This document shows positions 63,671-64,000 of a DNA stretch of 64,000 nt, piece after piece. Origin of the DNA: Devosia sp. (GTDB lineage Bacteria; Pseudomonadota; Alphaproteobacteria; Rhizobiales; Devosiaceae); assembly GCA_051959485.1 (NCBI GenBank), contig JBQCFF010000296.1:568-64567 (forward strand), written 5' to 3'. The translations under genes and the position numbers were made by a program. Each line of letters begins with the position of its first letter. The first letter of the stretch is position 1. The notes beneath the pieces are model-generated. The model saw only the letters and a program-made list of their open reading frames with translations. It was not told where the DNA came from and made no database searches.

Positions 63671-63784
63671 GGCGCTCCCCCTGCCGACGACGACCGGCGG
63701 ACGATCCGGGCCCGCCGCCTCCCGCGTCGCGCCTCCCCACCGAACGCGCCAGCCCGCCGGAGGCCGTGGCGCTCCCTACCGCTA

Positions 63785-63798
63785 CATTGTCAACAGTT
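63785..63798 (+). promoter_or_regulatory. GntR-type operator, site 7
   Basis: CATTGTCAACAGTT, identical to site 5, upstream of the dehydratase. Confidence 0.75.
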
Positions 63799-63831
63799 TG
63801 CAGTCAATTGGCCTGTTGGCGGGTCCGCCCG

Positions 63832-64000
63832 CTACGCGACATCCTCGAAAGCGACGAGGTTGATGCCGATGGTCTGCCTGTAGGTCTCCCAGTCGCGCAG
63901 GATGTGCCGGTCCATTGCCCGCGCCGCCGCCTCGGGATTGCACGCGAAGATGGCCGCAGCGATCTCCTCATGCTCCTCGAGCACGGCGAGGGCCCGCTCG
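63832..64000 (-). CDS. C-terminal part of a GntR/FCD regulator (runs off the window)
   Basis: My translation ...ERALAVLEEHEEIAAAIFACNPEAAARAMDRHILRDWETY...VA* resembles the C-terminus of the 43909 GntR (RAPAVAEEHRAIIAAI...AAELMRIHI...W.AY); not in the ORF track. Confidence 0.75.
   Translation of the reverse strand, partial: ERALAVLEEHEEIAAAIFACNPEAAARAMDRHILRDWETYRQTIGINLVAFEDVA

Noticed and set aside
63670-63776. 10-bp direct repeat TGGCGCTCCC (63670 and 63767) in the dehydratase leader
   Set aside because: Short and GC-rich; plausible by chance; the upstream copy has ACG rather than ATG.

Overview
GC-rich (roughly two-thirds G+C, by eye) bacterial chromosomal window. Gene content suggests an alphaproteobacterium (Hyphomicrobiales/Devosia-like; this is an inference). 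It is almost entirely accessory catabolic loci, about 56 CDS. I saw no rRNA, tRNA, CRISPR array, transposase or phage gene. Blocks: (1) SDR plus an ftsH paralog (1-2.9 kb). (2) An ectoine-catabolism-like cluster: DoeA-like metal-free M24 hydrolase, DoeB-like deacylase, PLP dehydratase, polar amino-acid ABC, IclR, TetR and a three-domain single-chain Rid protein (3.0-11.7 kb). (3) MalT/LuxR-type activator, Opp/Dpp-type ABC, a short HyuA-like protein without HyuB, and two tandem DUF917 proteins (11.9-23.5 kb). (4) GH36 alpha-galactosidase, Opp-type ABC and a FadR regulator with a shared operator (23.6-32.8 kb). (5) An isolated diheme + monoheme cytochrome c pair (33.0-34.7 kb). (6) A >29 kb organic-acid catabolic island (34.8 kb to the window end): CoA-transferase, two paralogous crotonases, two PaaI thioesterases, OYE, hpaH/hpaI/gabD without ring-cleavage genes, D- and L-2-hydroxyacid dehydrogenases, an IlvD/Edd dehydratase and two Fbp-type ABC systems. 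A recurring operator nATTGTnnACAGwT, found in six intergenic regions, and a second IclR-like box tie this island together. Product names come from motifs read by eye; no database search was run, so substrates are inferred.
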